DNA from: Oculatellaceae cyanobacterium bins.114
GTDB taxonomy: Bacteria > Cyanobacteriota > Cyanobacteriia > Elainellales > Elainellaceae
NCBI GenBank assembly: GCA_033764315.1
Contig: JANRJA010000023.1
Location: 32,001-96,000 of the forward strand
Direction: 5' to 3'
Length of the DNA stretch: 64,000 nt
Of this stretch, positions 1 through 9,600 are shown one piece after another; position 1 is the first letter of the stretch, and each line of letters starts with the position of its first letter. The position numbers and the translations under genes are program-made. Under the pieces are notes generated by a model. That model saw nothing but the letters and a program-made list of their open reading frames with translations, was not told the origin of the DNA and made no database searches.

Positions 1-396
1 TGTGCCAATCAAGGTGCGGATCTGCTCAACATCACTGGTGATGCGAGTTAGCAGTTGCGAGGTTTGAGCTTGATCATGGTAGCTAAAGCTGAGATTTTGA
101 ATCTTTTTAAAGATCTTGTTGCGTAGATCGTAGGCAATGTTTTGCGAAAGCTGTTCTGCCCAAAAGCTTTGCCCAAAGTTAAAAATGCCGCGTCCGATCG
201 CCACCACTACCATTGCGATCGCACTATAAAACACCACATGCAGATTTTTCTGAGATATTCCCTGGTCAATGCCCCAGCGAAACAGTTGCGGGGTAATGGC
301 GTTGGCAGCGGTTAATAACAAGAGGCTTGCGATCGCCCCGGTGACGATAAGCCAGTAAACTTTGAGGCTGACTAAAACCCGGTTGAGCGATCGCAT
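1..396 (-). CDS. ABC transporter ATP-binding/permease protein, N-terminal TM domain (runs off the window start)
   Basis: Not in the ORF track. My translation from ATG at 396 is MRSLNRVLVSLKVYWLIVTGAIASLLLLTAANAITPQLFRWGIDQG...IAYDLRNKIFKKIQNLSFSYHDQAQTSQLLTRITSDVEQI, a typical ABC exporter membrane domain. Confidence 0.9.
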   Translation of the reverse strand, partial: MRSLNRVLVSLKVYWLIVTGAIASLLLLTAANAITPQLFRWGIDQGISQKNLHVVFYSAIAMVVVAIGRGIFNFGQSFWAEQLSQNIAYDLRNKIFKKIQNLSFSYHDQAQTSQLLTRITSDVEQIRTLIGT

Positions 397-606
397 GAGA
401 AATTTCGCAGTGAGCTACAGACACTAGCTTATCTGCTGACCGCTCTCTCAAGCGGGATAAATCCTGAACTTCTAGGATGAAAATGCTTCAAAAATGTAGA
501 ATTTCTGTCTTTTGAGGGAGATAGCTGGCGGCTCAAAGTAGCAGAAACTAATAAAACCACGCGTTCGATAACTGCTGTTTGATGACGATACTTTGAGGTA
601 AAGCAG

Positions 607-861
607 ATGGTGAAGTTGTGGGTTTTTCTACTGATTGTTGGAATTGTGTGGATTTTTGGAACACTTCCCTGGATTCTGATTGGGGATTATTTATGTTCCC
701 ATGAACCCCCATTAGCTTGCCCCGATCCATCTCAGTTTTGGCAACAAGTAGGGGCAGTAATCGCGGTTGATGTCATGTTTATTGGACTGTGTGGATGGGC
801 AATCTATCGGCTCAAACAATTGCATCGACTAGATCGACCAAAACGGCAACGACGGGCTTGA
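607..861 (+). CDS. Small hypothetical membrane protein (2 TM helices, basic C-tail)
   Basis: 84-aa ORF with ATG start and two hydrophobic segments; divergent from the ABC gene. Confidence 0.6.
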   Translation: MVKLWVFLLIVGIVWIFGTLPWILIGDYLCSHEPPLACPDPSQFWQQVGAVIAVDVMFIGLCGWAIYRLKQLHRLDRPKRQRRA

Positions 862-1027
862 GGGTTTGATTTCAAGTTCACTTAATAACACGAGTTCAAA
901 AATGAAAGGGGAGTCAGGACACGTATAGATCAATCCTGATCCCCTTTTTAAACCCGATTTCAAGAAGTAATGAAGTCCGTTAATGACGGTGTCTTCACAG
1001 GAACGTAACGAGTGACCGAGCAATAAA

Positions 1028-1363
1028 CTAAGCGATCGCGGCTTCAGCTGCTGCACGGTTTTCAAACATTTCAAATACACGATCTAACTGAGTCAGTTCA
1101 AAAATGATGCGGATGCGGGAAGAAACGCCGCAAATCATCAGCCGCTTATTTAATTGTTGAGCTTGAGTTAGGGCGGCTACTAATGCAACCAGACCAGCAC
1201 TGTCCATCGACTCTACAGTATTCATGTCTACCACAATGTTAGAGACTGATTGAGTCGTAATGCCTGCTAACAGTTGTTGGCGGAATTCATCAGCGTTTGC
1301 TGCATTGATATGACCAGAAGGTTGGATAGCAGCGATTTGAGGACGGGCGAGAAGGGTTTGCAT
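1028..1363 (-). CDS. STAS-domain anti-sigma factor antagonist
   Basis: Motifs IVVDMNTVESMDSAGLVAL and IFELTQLDRVFEMF. Likely start is MQTLL at 1363; the ORF track extends it to 1399. Confidence 0.9.
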   Translation of the reverse strand: MQTLLARPQIAAIQPSGHINAANADEFRQQLLAGITTQSVSNIVVDMNTVESMDSAGLVALVAALTQAQQLNKRLMICGVSSRIRIIFELTQLDRVFEMFENRAAAEAAIA

Positions 1364-1721
1364 AGGTTCGTTCCGTTTGACTTCAAGAATTAAAAGCAAT
1401 GAATCATTGCCTGATGTCTACGACGATATCCGCAATTCTCTGGAAGGGCTACTCATCTTAGGTAGATTGACTGAATCTTCAACTTGGGATTAGGGATATA
1501 AAGTTTTGGCTAAGTAATAGCACGGAGATGGTAGCCCTTGATGCATTTTGACTAGAGGGCGGCCCATTTATGGGACATTACAAGGCTGTGTGGGATGAAA
1601 GGTCATGTGACATTAAAGGCGATCGTTGATCTCAGCTTTTCTGCAAACCTCTGTGGCATCTCTGAAAAATCAGAGATTGATGTGGGCAAACTATCAAAAC
1701 CAATCTTGGTCAAGGGTAAAT

Positions 1722-1739
1722 AGTACTGAATTCAGTACT
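1722..1739. promoter_or_regulatory. Perfect 18-bp palindrome AGTACTGAATTCAGTACT, candidate operator
   Basis: Perfect inverted repeat in the divergent intergenic region between the STAS gene and the phosphodiester glycosidase gene. Confidence 0.4.
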
Positions 1740-1765
1740 GTCTAAGCTTTGTAAAGAGGGTTAAG

Positions 1766-1800
1766 GGTCACTGGTCACTGGTCATTGGTCGTTGGTCATT
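1766..1800 (+). repeat. STRR2-like heptamer tandem repeat (GGTCAYT)n
   Basis: ggtcact ggtcact ggtcatt ggtcgtt ggtcatt. Confidence 0.85.
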
Positions 1801-1878
1801 AATCGGGCGCATCTACTAGTTGGGGGACTGAACTTGGTGAATGAATTCACGGCTATTGGGACGAATGAGGGTTTTTGA

Positions 1879-1925
1879 ACCTGCGGAGGCGGTTTTTGTT
1901 CTGATAGGTGCGGTTTCAACCGCCA
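1879..1925 (+). repeat. Degenerate copy of the palindromic repeat found inside the MITE at 12808-12999
   Basis: cctgcggaggcggtttttgttctgataggtgcggtttcaaccgcc resembles tccgcgtaggcggacttcgatcggataggcgcgatttcaatcgcc (12905-12949). Confidence 0.6.
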
Positions 1926-2135
1926 CTCCCCCGACCGTCAAATGCACCCGCATTAACCTCATCTGCGACTATTCCAGATGCCTATCTGACGAGGTCATCA
2001 GACTCCTTTAAGGCCGTTGCAACCAAAAACCGGAGAGCTATTTTAAGTCGCTTTATCTCTTCTACATCTCCTGATCAGTGCTTGCACCCCTGGTAATTCT
2101 GTACTCACTTCTTCTCATTGAGTTCTCATTTAAAT

Positions 2136-3020
2136 ATGGCTATCTCTAAACCTTCCACGCCCAACACAATGGGGCGGCGATCGTTCCTGTTTTTAAGTGG
2201 AGCGGCGTTTGTGACAGGGCTGTCATCGCTTGCCCCTTCAGCGATCGCCCAATCAGTGCAACTCCGACGCAGTACAGTGGCTGGTGTTCCCCTTTATCAA
2301 ACGGTGATTGACCTATCAGACCCCCCCACCTTTTTGGCGGTCGGGCTTGCCAACAACCCCAGCTTAAGTAACCCATATGGGGCTAATGGGGACGAATCGT
2401 TTGGTCAAATGGTGTCTCGTTATCACGCAGCGATCGTCACGAGTGGCACCTTTTTTAGTCTGGATGCTGAACGGCGCATTATGGGTAATTTGGTGTCAGG
2501 GGGAGAGTTTTTGCGATATAGCCCCAATGAAAACTATGGGACGACACTAGGATTGCGTGCTGGCAATCGCCCCGAACTGACGACAGCACGAGTTGATGGT
2601 AGACCCAGTTGGCATCAGCACTGGTTTTCTATCACAGGTGGCCCTCGTCTTTTAAGGAATGGCCGTGTTTGGCTGGCTCCTCGCACCGAAGGATTTCGCG
2701 ATCCTCGGATTTTTGGAATTGCGGCTCGCTCAGCAATCGGCTTTCCTGCTAGTGGCAAAAAATTGATTTTGGTGACATTTTTGCGAAATCTGTCTCTGTC
2801 ACAAGAAGCCCATGTCATGCGGGCGATCGGCTGTAGTGAAGCCATGAATTTGGATGGCGGCTCATCCTCTGCTTTGGCATACCAAGGCAGAATTTTGATG
2901 CAACCAGGACGAGAACTCACCAATGTCATCGTGGCCTATGATGCCCGACATCCTGCTCCCCATTTTTTGCGAGATTCCTGGTATCGTTTTCAATCGGGCG
3001 ATCGCCCAAGCCAAGGGTGA
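2136..3020 (+). CDS. Phosphodiester glycosidase family (NAGPA/DUF2233-like) protein with Tat signal
   Basis: Twin-Arg GRRSFL; motifs GGPRLL, ARSAIG and AMNLDGGSSS. Confidence 0.85.
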   Translation: MAISKPSTPNTMGRRSFLFLSGAAFVTGLSSLAPSAIAQSVQLRRSTVAGVPLYQTVIDLSDPPTFLAVGLANNPSLSNPYGANGDESFGQMVSRYHAAIVTSGTFFSLDAERRIMGNLVSGGEFLRYSPNENYGTTLGLRAGNRPELTTARVDGRPSWHQHWFSITGGPRLLRNGRVWLAPRTEGFRDPRIFGIAARSAIGFPASGKKLILVTFLRNLSLSQEAHVMRAIGCSEAMNLDGGSSSALAYQGRILMQPGRELTNVIVAYDARHPAPHFLRDSWYRFQSGDRPSQG

Positions 3021-3078
3021 AGAGCAAAAAAAGAAATCAGGATCAAGAATGAAAAGAAAATAAGGGTAAAGGGTGAAA

Positions 3079-3121
3079 CCAATGACCAGTGACCAGTGAC
3101 CAATGACCAGTGACCAATGAC
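3079..3121 (-). repeat. STRR2-like heptamer tandem repeat (TGACCAR)n between convergent genes
   Basis: ccaatgaccagtgaccagtgaccaatgaccagtgaccaatgac, flanked by the aagggtaaaggg / ccctttaccctt inverted repeat. Confidence 0.85.
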
Positions 3122-3145
3122 GTTTTCCCCTTTACCCTTCTCGGC

Positions 3146-5176
3146 TTATTTGCTGTTTTGAGCCAATACCCGTTCCATCACCTTATCGGGCACTTCTTGC
3201 AAGTGGTCAAACTGCCAGTCAAAGAAGCCAACCCCCATCGTCAGCGATCGCAACTCAACAATTAATGTGTGCATTTCGGCTTGTGGTAGATGGGATAGAA
3301 CCTGATCCCAGCCCTGCCAGTTAGGTTTGCTGTCATAGCCCAGAATCTGCCCTCGTCTTCCACTTACAAGCCGCAAGACTTTAGAGGTAAAGTCAGTCGG
3401 CACATTAATCGTGATTGCCACAATCGGTTCTAGCAAGGTGGGTTCACATTTCCGCATGCCTTCTTGCATAGCCAGTCGAGCCGCTTGTTTAAAGGCTTGC
3501 TCTGAGCTGTCAACACTGTGATACGACCCGTTGGTCAGGGTGACAGACACATCCACCACCGGGAAGCCGAGCGGACCATGCCCTAACGATTCCCGCACAC
3601 CCATCTCAACTCCAGGAATGTATTGCTTGGGGACGACTCCACCCACAATCGTTTCTTGAAATGTGAAGCCTTTACCCCGTGGCAGCGGTTTAATTTCGAG
3701 GTAGACATCTCCAAACTGCCCGTGTCCTCCAGTTTGATGTTTGTAGCGTCCGTGCACAGTTGCTGATGATTTGCGAATCGTTTCTTTGTAAGGCACTTGG
3801 GGCAGATGAGTCGTCATCGGCAGATTATACTTACGCCGCAAGCGATCGAGTGCCACCTGTAGGTGAATGTCGCCCTGTCCCCACAAAATCACCTCATGGG
3901 TATCGCCATGCTGTTCCCAAAAGAGTGATGGGTCTTCTTCTATCAACTTGTTAATTGCGCCGCTCAGTTTCACCTCATCACTGCGCTTTTCAGCGGCGAT
4001 CGCCAACGCATAAACTGGGTTCAGATGTTCCGCCTTGGGCAACAGATTCACCAACTGAGGATCAGAATTGAGGGTATCCCCGGTTTTAACGCCTTCCAAC
4101 CGTCCCAAGGCAACGATGCTACCCGCTGGAGCTTGGGGCACGCTTTGTTGTTGCGATCCAGTGAGTTGATAAACACCGCCCACTCGAACCCCATTTAACA
4201 CAGCCCCGTCGGTCAAAACGCCTTGCCAAATTCGCACTAGCGAGAGCTTGCCTCCTTGAGGGGTGAAGTAGGTTTTGAGCACTTGTGCCAAGGGAGTCTG
4301 CCCATTTCCTGGCGTAATACCCCGTCGTTCAGCGGTAGAGTCTGACTCTGGTGCTTCTCGCAACAGGGCATCTAATAGAGGACGAACGCCAAAATCTTGC
4401 TCAGCAACCCCAATAAACACAGGCACAATCAAATCTGCGCCGAGTTCCATCTTGAGATCTTGCAAAATTTCATCTTCTGAAGGGTTAATTTCCTCTAACA
4501 GTTCTTCCAGCAGATGGTCATCAAAATCTGCCAATGTTTCTAACATTTCCAAGCGGGCTGCCTGCTCTTGGTCTTCTAAATCGGCAGGTAGGGGAATCGG
4601 GTCAGCAGGTGCTCCAGGATGGTATTTATAAGCTTGTTCGGTGACGAGGTCAATAAACCCTTTAAGATGCTCACCTTGTCCGATGGGATATTGATGCAGC
4701 ACGAGGGGACGGCTAGAGACTCCCTTTAATGCCTGGAGGATCTCAGCAATATTGCCCTGTGCCCGATCCATTTTATTAATAAAAACTAAATGGGGGATTT
4801 CCCATTTGTCGAGAAACTGGAGCAACGGAGCCAACGTCATGACGCGATTGGCATCTGGCTCACACACGACGATCGCCGCATCTACACCTACCAGAGCATT
4901 GTAGGTTTCTTGGACAAACTCAACTGAACCGGGACAATCGAGAAACGTAAAATGAATGCCGCCATAATCGGTACTGGCGGCATTCAACTCAACACTCATT
5001 TGGCGATCGCGGGCTTCAGTCGAACTATCACCCACGGCATTGCGGTCAGTCACTTTTCCTTTACGAGAAATGGCTCCAGTGACAAACAAAAGGCTCTCTA
5101 ACAAGGTTGTTTTGCCACTTAAATACGGTCCCACGATCGCCACATTTCGTGAGCCGGAAAGCACGTTTACACTCAT
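3146..5176 (-). CDS. Elongation factor G-like protein (EF-G2 type)
   Basis: G1 GPYLSGKTT, G2 RQMSV (not RGITI), G3 DCPG, NKMD; domain IV HQTGGHGQFG and SYHSVDSSE. Likely start is MSVNV at 5176. Confidence 0.92.
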   Translation of the reverse strand: MSVNVLSGSRNVAIVGPYLSGKTTLLESLLFVTGAISRKGKVTDRNAVGDSSTEARDRQMSVELNAASTDYGGIHFTFLDCPGSVEFVQETYNALVGVDAAIVVCEPDANRVMTLAPLLQFLDKWEIPHLVFINKMDRAQGNIAEILQALKGVSSRPLVLHQYPIGQGEHLKGFIDLVTEQAYKYHPGAPADPIPLPADLEDQEQAARLEMLETLADFDDHLLEELLEEINPSEDEILQDLKMELGADLIVPVFIGVAEQDFGVRPLLDALLREAPESDSTAERRGITPGNGQTPLAQVLKTYFTPQGGKLSLVRIWQGVLTDGAVLNGVRVGGVYQLTGSQQQSVPQAPAGSIVALGRLEGVKTGDTLNSDPQLVNLLPKAEHLNPVYALAIAAEKRSDEVKLSGAINKLIEEDPSLFWEQHGDTHEVILWGQGDIHLQVALDRLRRKYNLPMTTHLPQVPYKETIRKSSATVHGRYKHQTGGHGQFGDVYLEIKPLPRGKGFTFQETIVGGVVPKQYIPGVEMGVRESLGHGPLGFPVVDVSVTLTNGSYHSVDSSEQAFKQAARLAMQEGMRKCEPTLLEPIVAITINVPTDFTSKVLRLVSGRRGQILGYDSKPNWQGWDQVLSHLPQAEMHTLIVELRSLTMGVGFFDWQFDHLQEVPDKVMERVLAQNSK

Positions 5177-5602
5177 AAAAACCTCACTTGACTGATAAGA
5201 AATTGCAGCAAAGGTGAAACCATTGACCGTCAACAGCCCACCCTTAAATCAGGAGGTTCAGCAATCAACAGATGAGTTAAAAATAGAGAGATTGGCTACA
5301 GCTTGCTCTCCCACATGATTGGGAGCCAGGGTAAAGAGCCAAAGGGATAAGATGCTGATAGCTGAAGGATTAGATGAAGCGTTCCTAACTACTAAACCAG
5401 CCAAACAATGAAGATAATTTTGATTGAGAGTTGATGAGCTAACGTTGAATCGTGTATCGAGGAATGAAGCGTTAGCAACTTGACTGGCTTAATTTCAGAT
5501 TACCGTGTTCTTAACCTGATTCAAGGCTCTAGTTAGGAAAATTTATGTCACGAAATGATTGCAACTTACTGTTACAGTTCGCAATGGTTTTGTAGACGAT
5601 TT

Positions 5603-6373
5603 TTATACTGTTGCGACTCGTCCTGTTTTAATCCAATACGCCCAATCTTCTCGACCTTGTTTTTGGGCTTGCTCTACAGCCAGATGCACCTCATAGGGAA
5701 CTTTCAACAAGTCCACTTGCCATGTGTCACCTTGTTTTTCAAGTACTGCGTAGGACGCCAATGGCGAATAGTTTTGCATGGCGTGATAAGTAGGAACATC
5801 GTCGTCGTAAGCAGGAACGCCTACACTGCCCGGATTGACAATCAGTTGCCCTGACGCGAGTTGAACAACCCGTGGAATGTGGCTGTGCCCACACAGAACA
5901 ACGGGTTGTTGAATACCCTCTAAATACTGGAGGATGGCGGTTTCGGCTCTAACAGTGGGCAATCCACTAGAAACGTCTTCCAGGAGGTAAATCAGATCAT
6001 GGGTAGGAATGCCATGACAGGCAAAAATGGCTTCGGCAATGACGGTTGTTTTCGGTAAAGACTTTAACCACTGAACTGGCTCGTTGCCCAATTCATTGAG
6101 CATAAAGGTCAGGGTTGGATGGGTCTTTCCTTGAGTTGGATCAAACTCATACACCTCCCGATCCTCATTGCCCTGAATAGTGATGGCATCGATTGTTTGC
6201 AGGAGGGTGTAGGTTTCTAGAGGTTTCAAGGGGCCATACAAGATATCACCCAGATTTACAAATTGGGTGATTCCCCGACGTTTTGCATCTTCAAGCACTG
6301 CTGCCAATGCCCACACATTGCCATGAATGTCTGATAAGATTGCAAATTTCAAAAGAGCTGCCTCCCTTGCCAA
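5603..6373 (-). CDS. Calcineurin-like metallophosphoesterase
   Basis: SDIHGN, LGDILYG, QGNED, CGHSHIP and NPGSVG motifs. Confidence 0.9.
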   Translation of the reverse strand: MAREAALLKFAILSDIHGNVWALAAVLEDAKRRGITQFVNLGDILYGPLKPLETYTLLQTIDAITIQGNEDREVYEFDPTQGKTHPTLTFMLNELGNEPVQWLKSLPKTTVIAEAIFACHGIPTHDLIYLLEDVSSGLPTVRAETAILQYLEGIQQPVVLCGHSHIPRVVQLASGQLIVNPGSVGVPAYDDDVPTYHAMQNYSPLASYAVLEKQGDTWQVDLLKVPYEVHLAVEQAQKQGREDWAYWIKTGRVATV

Positions 6374-6426
6374 TGGGCTGATATCTGTTAAGCCCTAATC
6401 TAACGTCAGTTTCGTTTATAGAGTCT

Positions 6427-6476
6427 AGCGAATGAAGTCGCGCCTATCAAAGCGAAGTCTGCGGTTTCAGCCGCCA
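6427..6476 (+). repeat. Degenerate palindromic repeat related to the interior of the MITE at 12808-12999
   Basis: gcgaatgaagtcgcgcctatcaaagcgaagtctgc resembles the reverse complement of 12913-12947. Confidence 0.5.
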
Positions 6477-6669
6477 AAATCCTGATGCCAAATTCGCGTT
6501 AATCTACTTGAAATACCAAGTTGTAGAGCAGTTGTGGAGCGCGATCGCTCTCATGTCAGTACTTGATAACACACAAATTGAGTGATCCCCTTGTAAATAC
6601 CCCAAGTGGGTACTTCTTGTGGACTGAATCCACCAGTAAAATTCTCTCGTGTGAGAATTAAGGGCAACT

Positions 6670-9600
6670 ATGACAAGGACAGATCTGCTTTGGATTTCAC
6701 TTATCGTTGCCTCCAGTGTGGCGATCGCTCACCAAGAACCTCTGATAGCACAGTCGATCACCGCTGCGCCCGACGGCACGGGTACTGTGGTTCAGCGATC
6801 GGGCGGTGTCCACACTATTCAGGGCGGCAGCCTGTCTGGCGATGGGCGAAACCTGTTTCACAGCTTTGAGCGATTTGGCTTAAGTGCAGAGGAAGTCGCC
6901 AACTTTCTCAGTACCCCACAAATCCAAACCATTTTGGGTCGAGTGACAGGGGGTGACCCCTCCATTATTAACGGGTTGTTGCGAGTCAGTGGCGGCAACT
7001 CCGATCTGTATCTGATTAACCCAGCGGGAATTTTATTTGGAGCCAACGCTCGACTCGATATTCCTGCCTCGTTTACCGCTACGACTGCCACAGGCATCGG
7101 GTTTGGTGATTCTTCTTGGAGTGCGTTCGCTTCCAGCGACTACTCTGCTTTGATAGGGCAACCCACCAGTTTTGTCTTTAACACAGATGCACCGGGAGCA
7201 ATTGCTAACTTTGGCACGTTAGCGGTCAATCCGGGTGAACAGTTAACCCTCATCGGCGGCACTGTATTAAATGTTGGGACGCTATTGGCTCCGGGGGGTG
7301 TCATCACGATTGCCGCTGTACCTGGAGAAAACCGAGTCCGACTGAGCCAATCAGGAATGCTATTGAGCCTGGAGCTAGAAACCTTAAACAGTGCAGATGC
7401 AGTAACCGAAGTCGCGTTGCCATTTACCCCTCTATTGCTGCCAGAATTGCTCACCGGGGGCAGCATTGAGACTGCCTCTCAAATTCAAGTCAATGCAGAT
7501 GGTACGGTGCAACTGACCGGATCAGGTACCCCTATTGCTCCAACTCCAGGAACCGCCATTCTCACAGGAAGATTGGATGCCGCGAACCTGACCAGTAGTT
7601 CCCCATCTTTGCACCCCGAAGTTAATATCGTGGGCGATCGCATTGCTCTGCTCTCTGCCAACCTCGATGCCTCTAGCCTGAGTCAAGGGGGCACCATTCG
7701 CATCGGTGGTGACTATCAGGGACAAGGCAATTTGCCAACGGCACAAATCACTTACATTGATTTGGCGACACACTTAAGGGCTGATGGCATTTCCTCTCTG
7801 ACGGGTAGTGCTCAAGCCAACGGTGGCAGGGTGATTGTCTGGGCTGACCAAACCACCCGGTTTGACGGCAGCATTACCGCTCGTGGGGGTGAGTTGGGGG
7901 GCAATGGTGGATTTGTTGAGGTTTCTGGGCTACAAAATTTAGCCTTGACCGGAACGGTCAATACCCTTGCCCCCAATGGGTTAGCTGGAACCCTGTTACT
8001 TGACCCCGCTGATATTGTGGTGGTTACGCCCTTTTCATTGCCGCCCGCGTTTACAGCTTTGAGTCAGGTGGATGGGTTTGCTGATCCGGATATCACTCCC
8101 AACACATTGGACGTGTCACTGATTAACAATGCCCTGACAAATGTGACGTTGCAAGCGACTAATGACATCACGTTTAGTGCACCGATTAATATCCAAACGG
8201 GTGGGGTTGGGTTGACGGCTTTAGCCAACAACAACATCAGCGTGAATACGACGATAACTACGCGAGGGGGAAATTTGACCCTGATTGGTGACAACGACAA
8301 CTCTGGCTCTGGAGTCGTCAGGGTTGATACGGGTCAGTCGATCGCCACAAATGGTGGAGCCGTGACAATTCGGGGGCGCAATGCCACCAACACATTTGCC
8401 TCTGGTGTTGGAGCCTCAATTCTCAGCCCCATTGACTCTGGTGGGGGTGATATTCAAATTACGGGTGAATCCACCTCAGCCACTGGGTTATCGAGTTTTC
8501 AAGGCGATCGCGGCATTAATTTGGGACCTGGTGCACCCTTAAACTCTGGCGGTGGTGATATTACGCTGACGGCTAGCAATGTCCAACAACAGGGCATTGT
8601 GGCGTTTGATCCGATTAACTCTGGTGGAGGAGATGTTCGCATCACCGTCACCAGTGCTACGAACAACAACCTGACTTTGCTTGATCCTGTCAATGCTGGT
8701 GCTGGAGACATTGTCATCACCACAAATGAGCTGACTCGGTCTGCGGATGCCACTTTATTGGGCAGTGGAGATATTACAATTCAGCCGTTTACTCCCAGTC
8801 GAGCGATCGCCCTTGGAAATACCAGTCCTGTTCCTATATCGGGGGCACTCGATCTTGGCACCCTTGTGGATGGCTTGAGTGGTTTTAACCGCATCACCAT
8901 TGGTCGAGCGAATAGCAGTGGGGTGATTAGCCTGACGGGACCTGTGCAAGTGAGCGATCCGTTGACGCTGCGATCGCCCCTTGGCTCCATTGACACCACC
9001 GGAGGCAGCCTCCTCGGTTTAGACAATGCCACAATCACTTTGCTTGCTGGCACCTCTCTAGTCACAGGAGATGTGACCAATCCTGGGCGGGCCATTACTC
9101 TGACCAGTCAAAATGGCCGTGTCGATACTCAAGGAGGATTGATTGACACAGGGAATGAGGGCACCAATGATGGAGGGGCGATCGCCATTACTGCCGCCAG
9201 TGATATTGTCACGACTCGACTCAATACCTCTGTAGAAATTGGAACGGCTGGAGCGATCGCCCTCACCAGCACGAATGGCTCCATTACTTTGAATGGCGAC
9301 ACTTTAGCAACAGCCACCACTGGCAATGGGGGAGAGGTGGCATTGACAGCTCAACGAGGATTCGTTCAGGCAGACACAATTCGCACGAGTGCAACGGCCA
9401 ACGCAGGGGATGTCACGATTACTGCTCAAGACAGCATCACCACAGGGGATATCGAGACTGAGTCGTCGAGTGGCAATGCAGGCGATGTTACGCTTGATCC
9501 CAATGGCGATGTGCAGGTCAACACGATTAATGCCCAAAGTGCGACCGGCAATGGGGGCACTGTTAACATTACGACACGGCAATTTTTTAGAGCATTAAGT

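Noticed and set aside
1412-1425. GATGTCTACGACG (and GGGCTACGCCTA near 31355), fragments resembling SDR elements
   Set aside because: Too short and not flanked by HIP1 halves.
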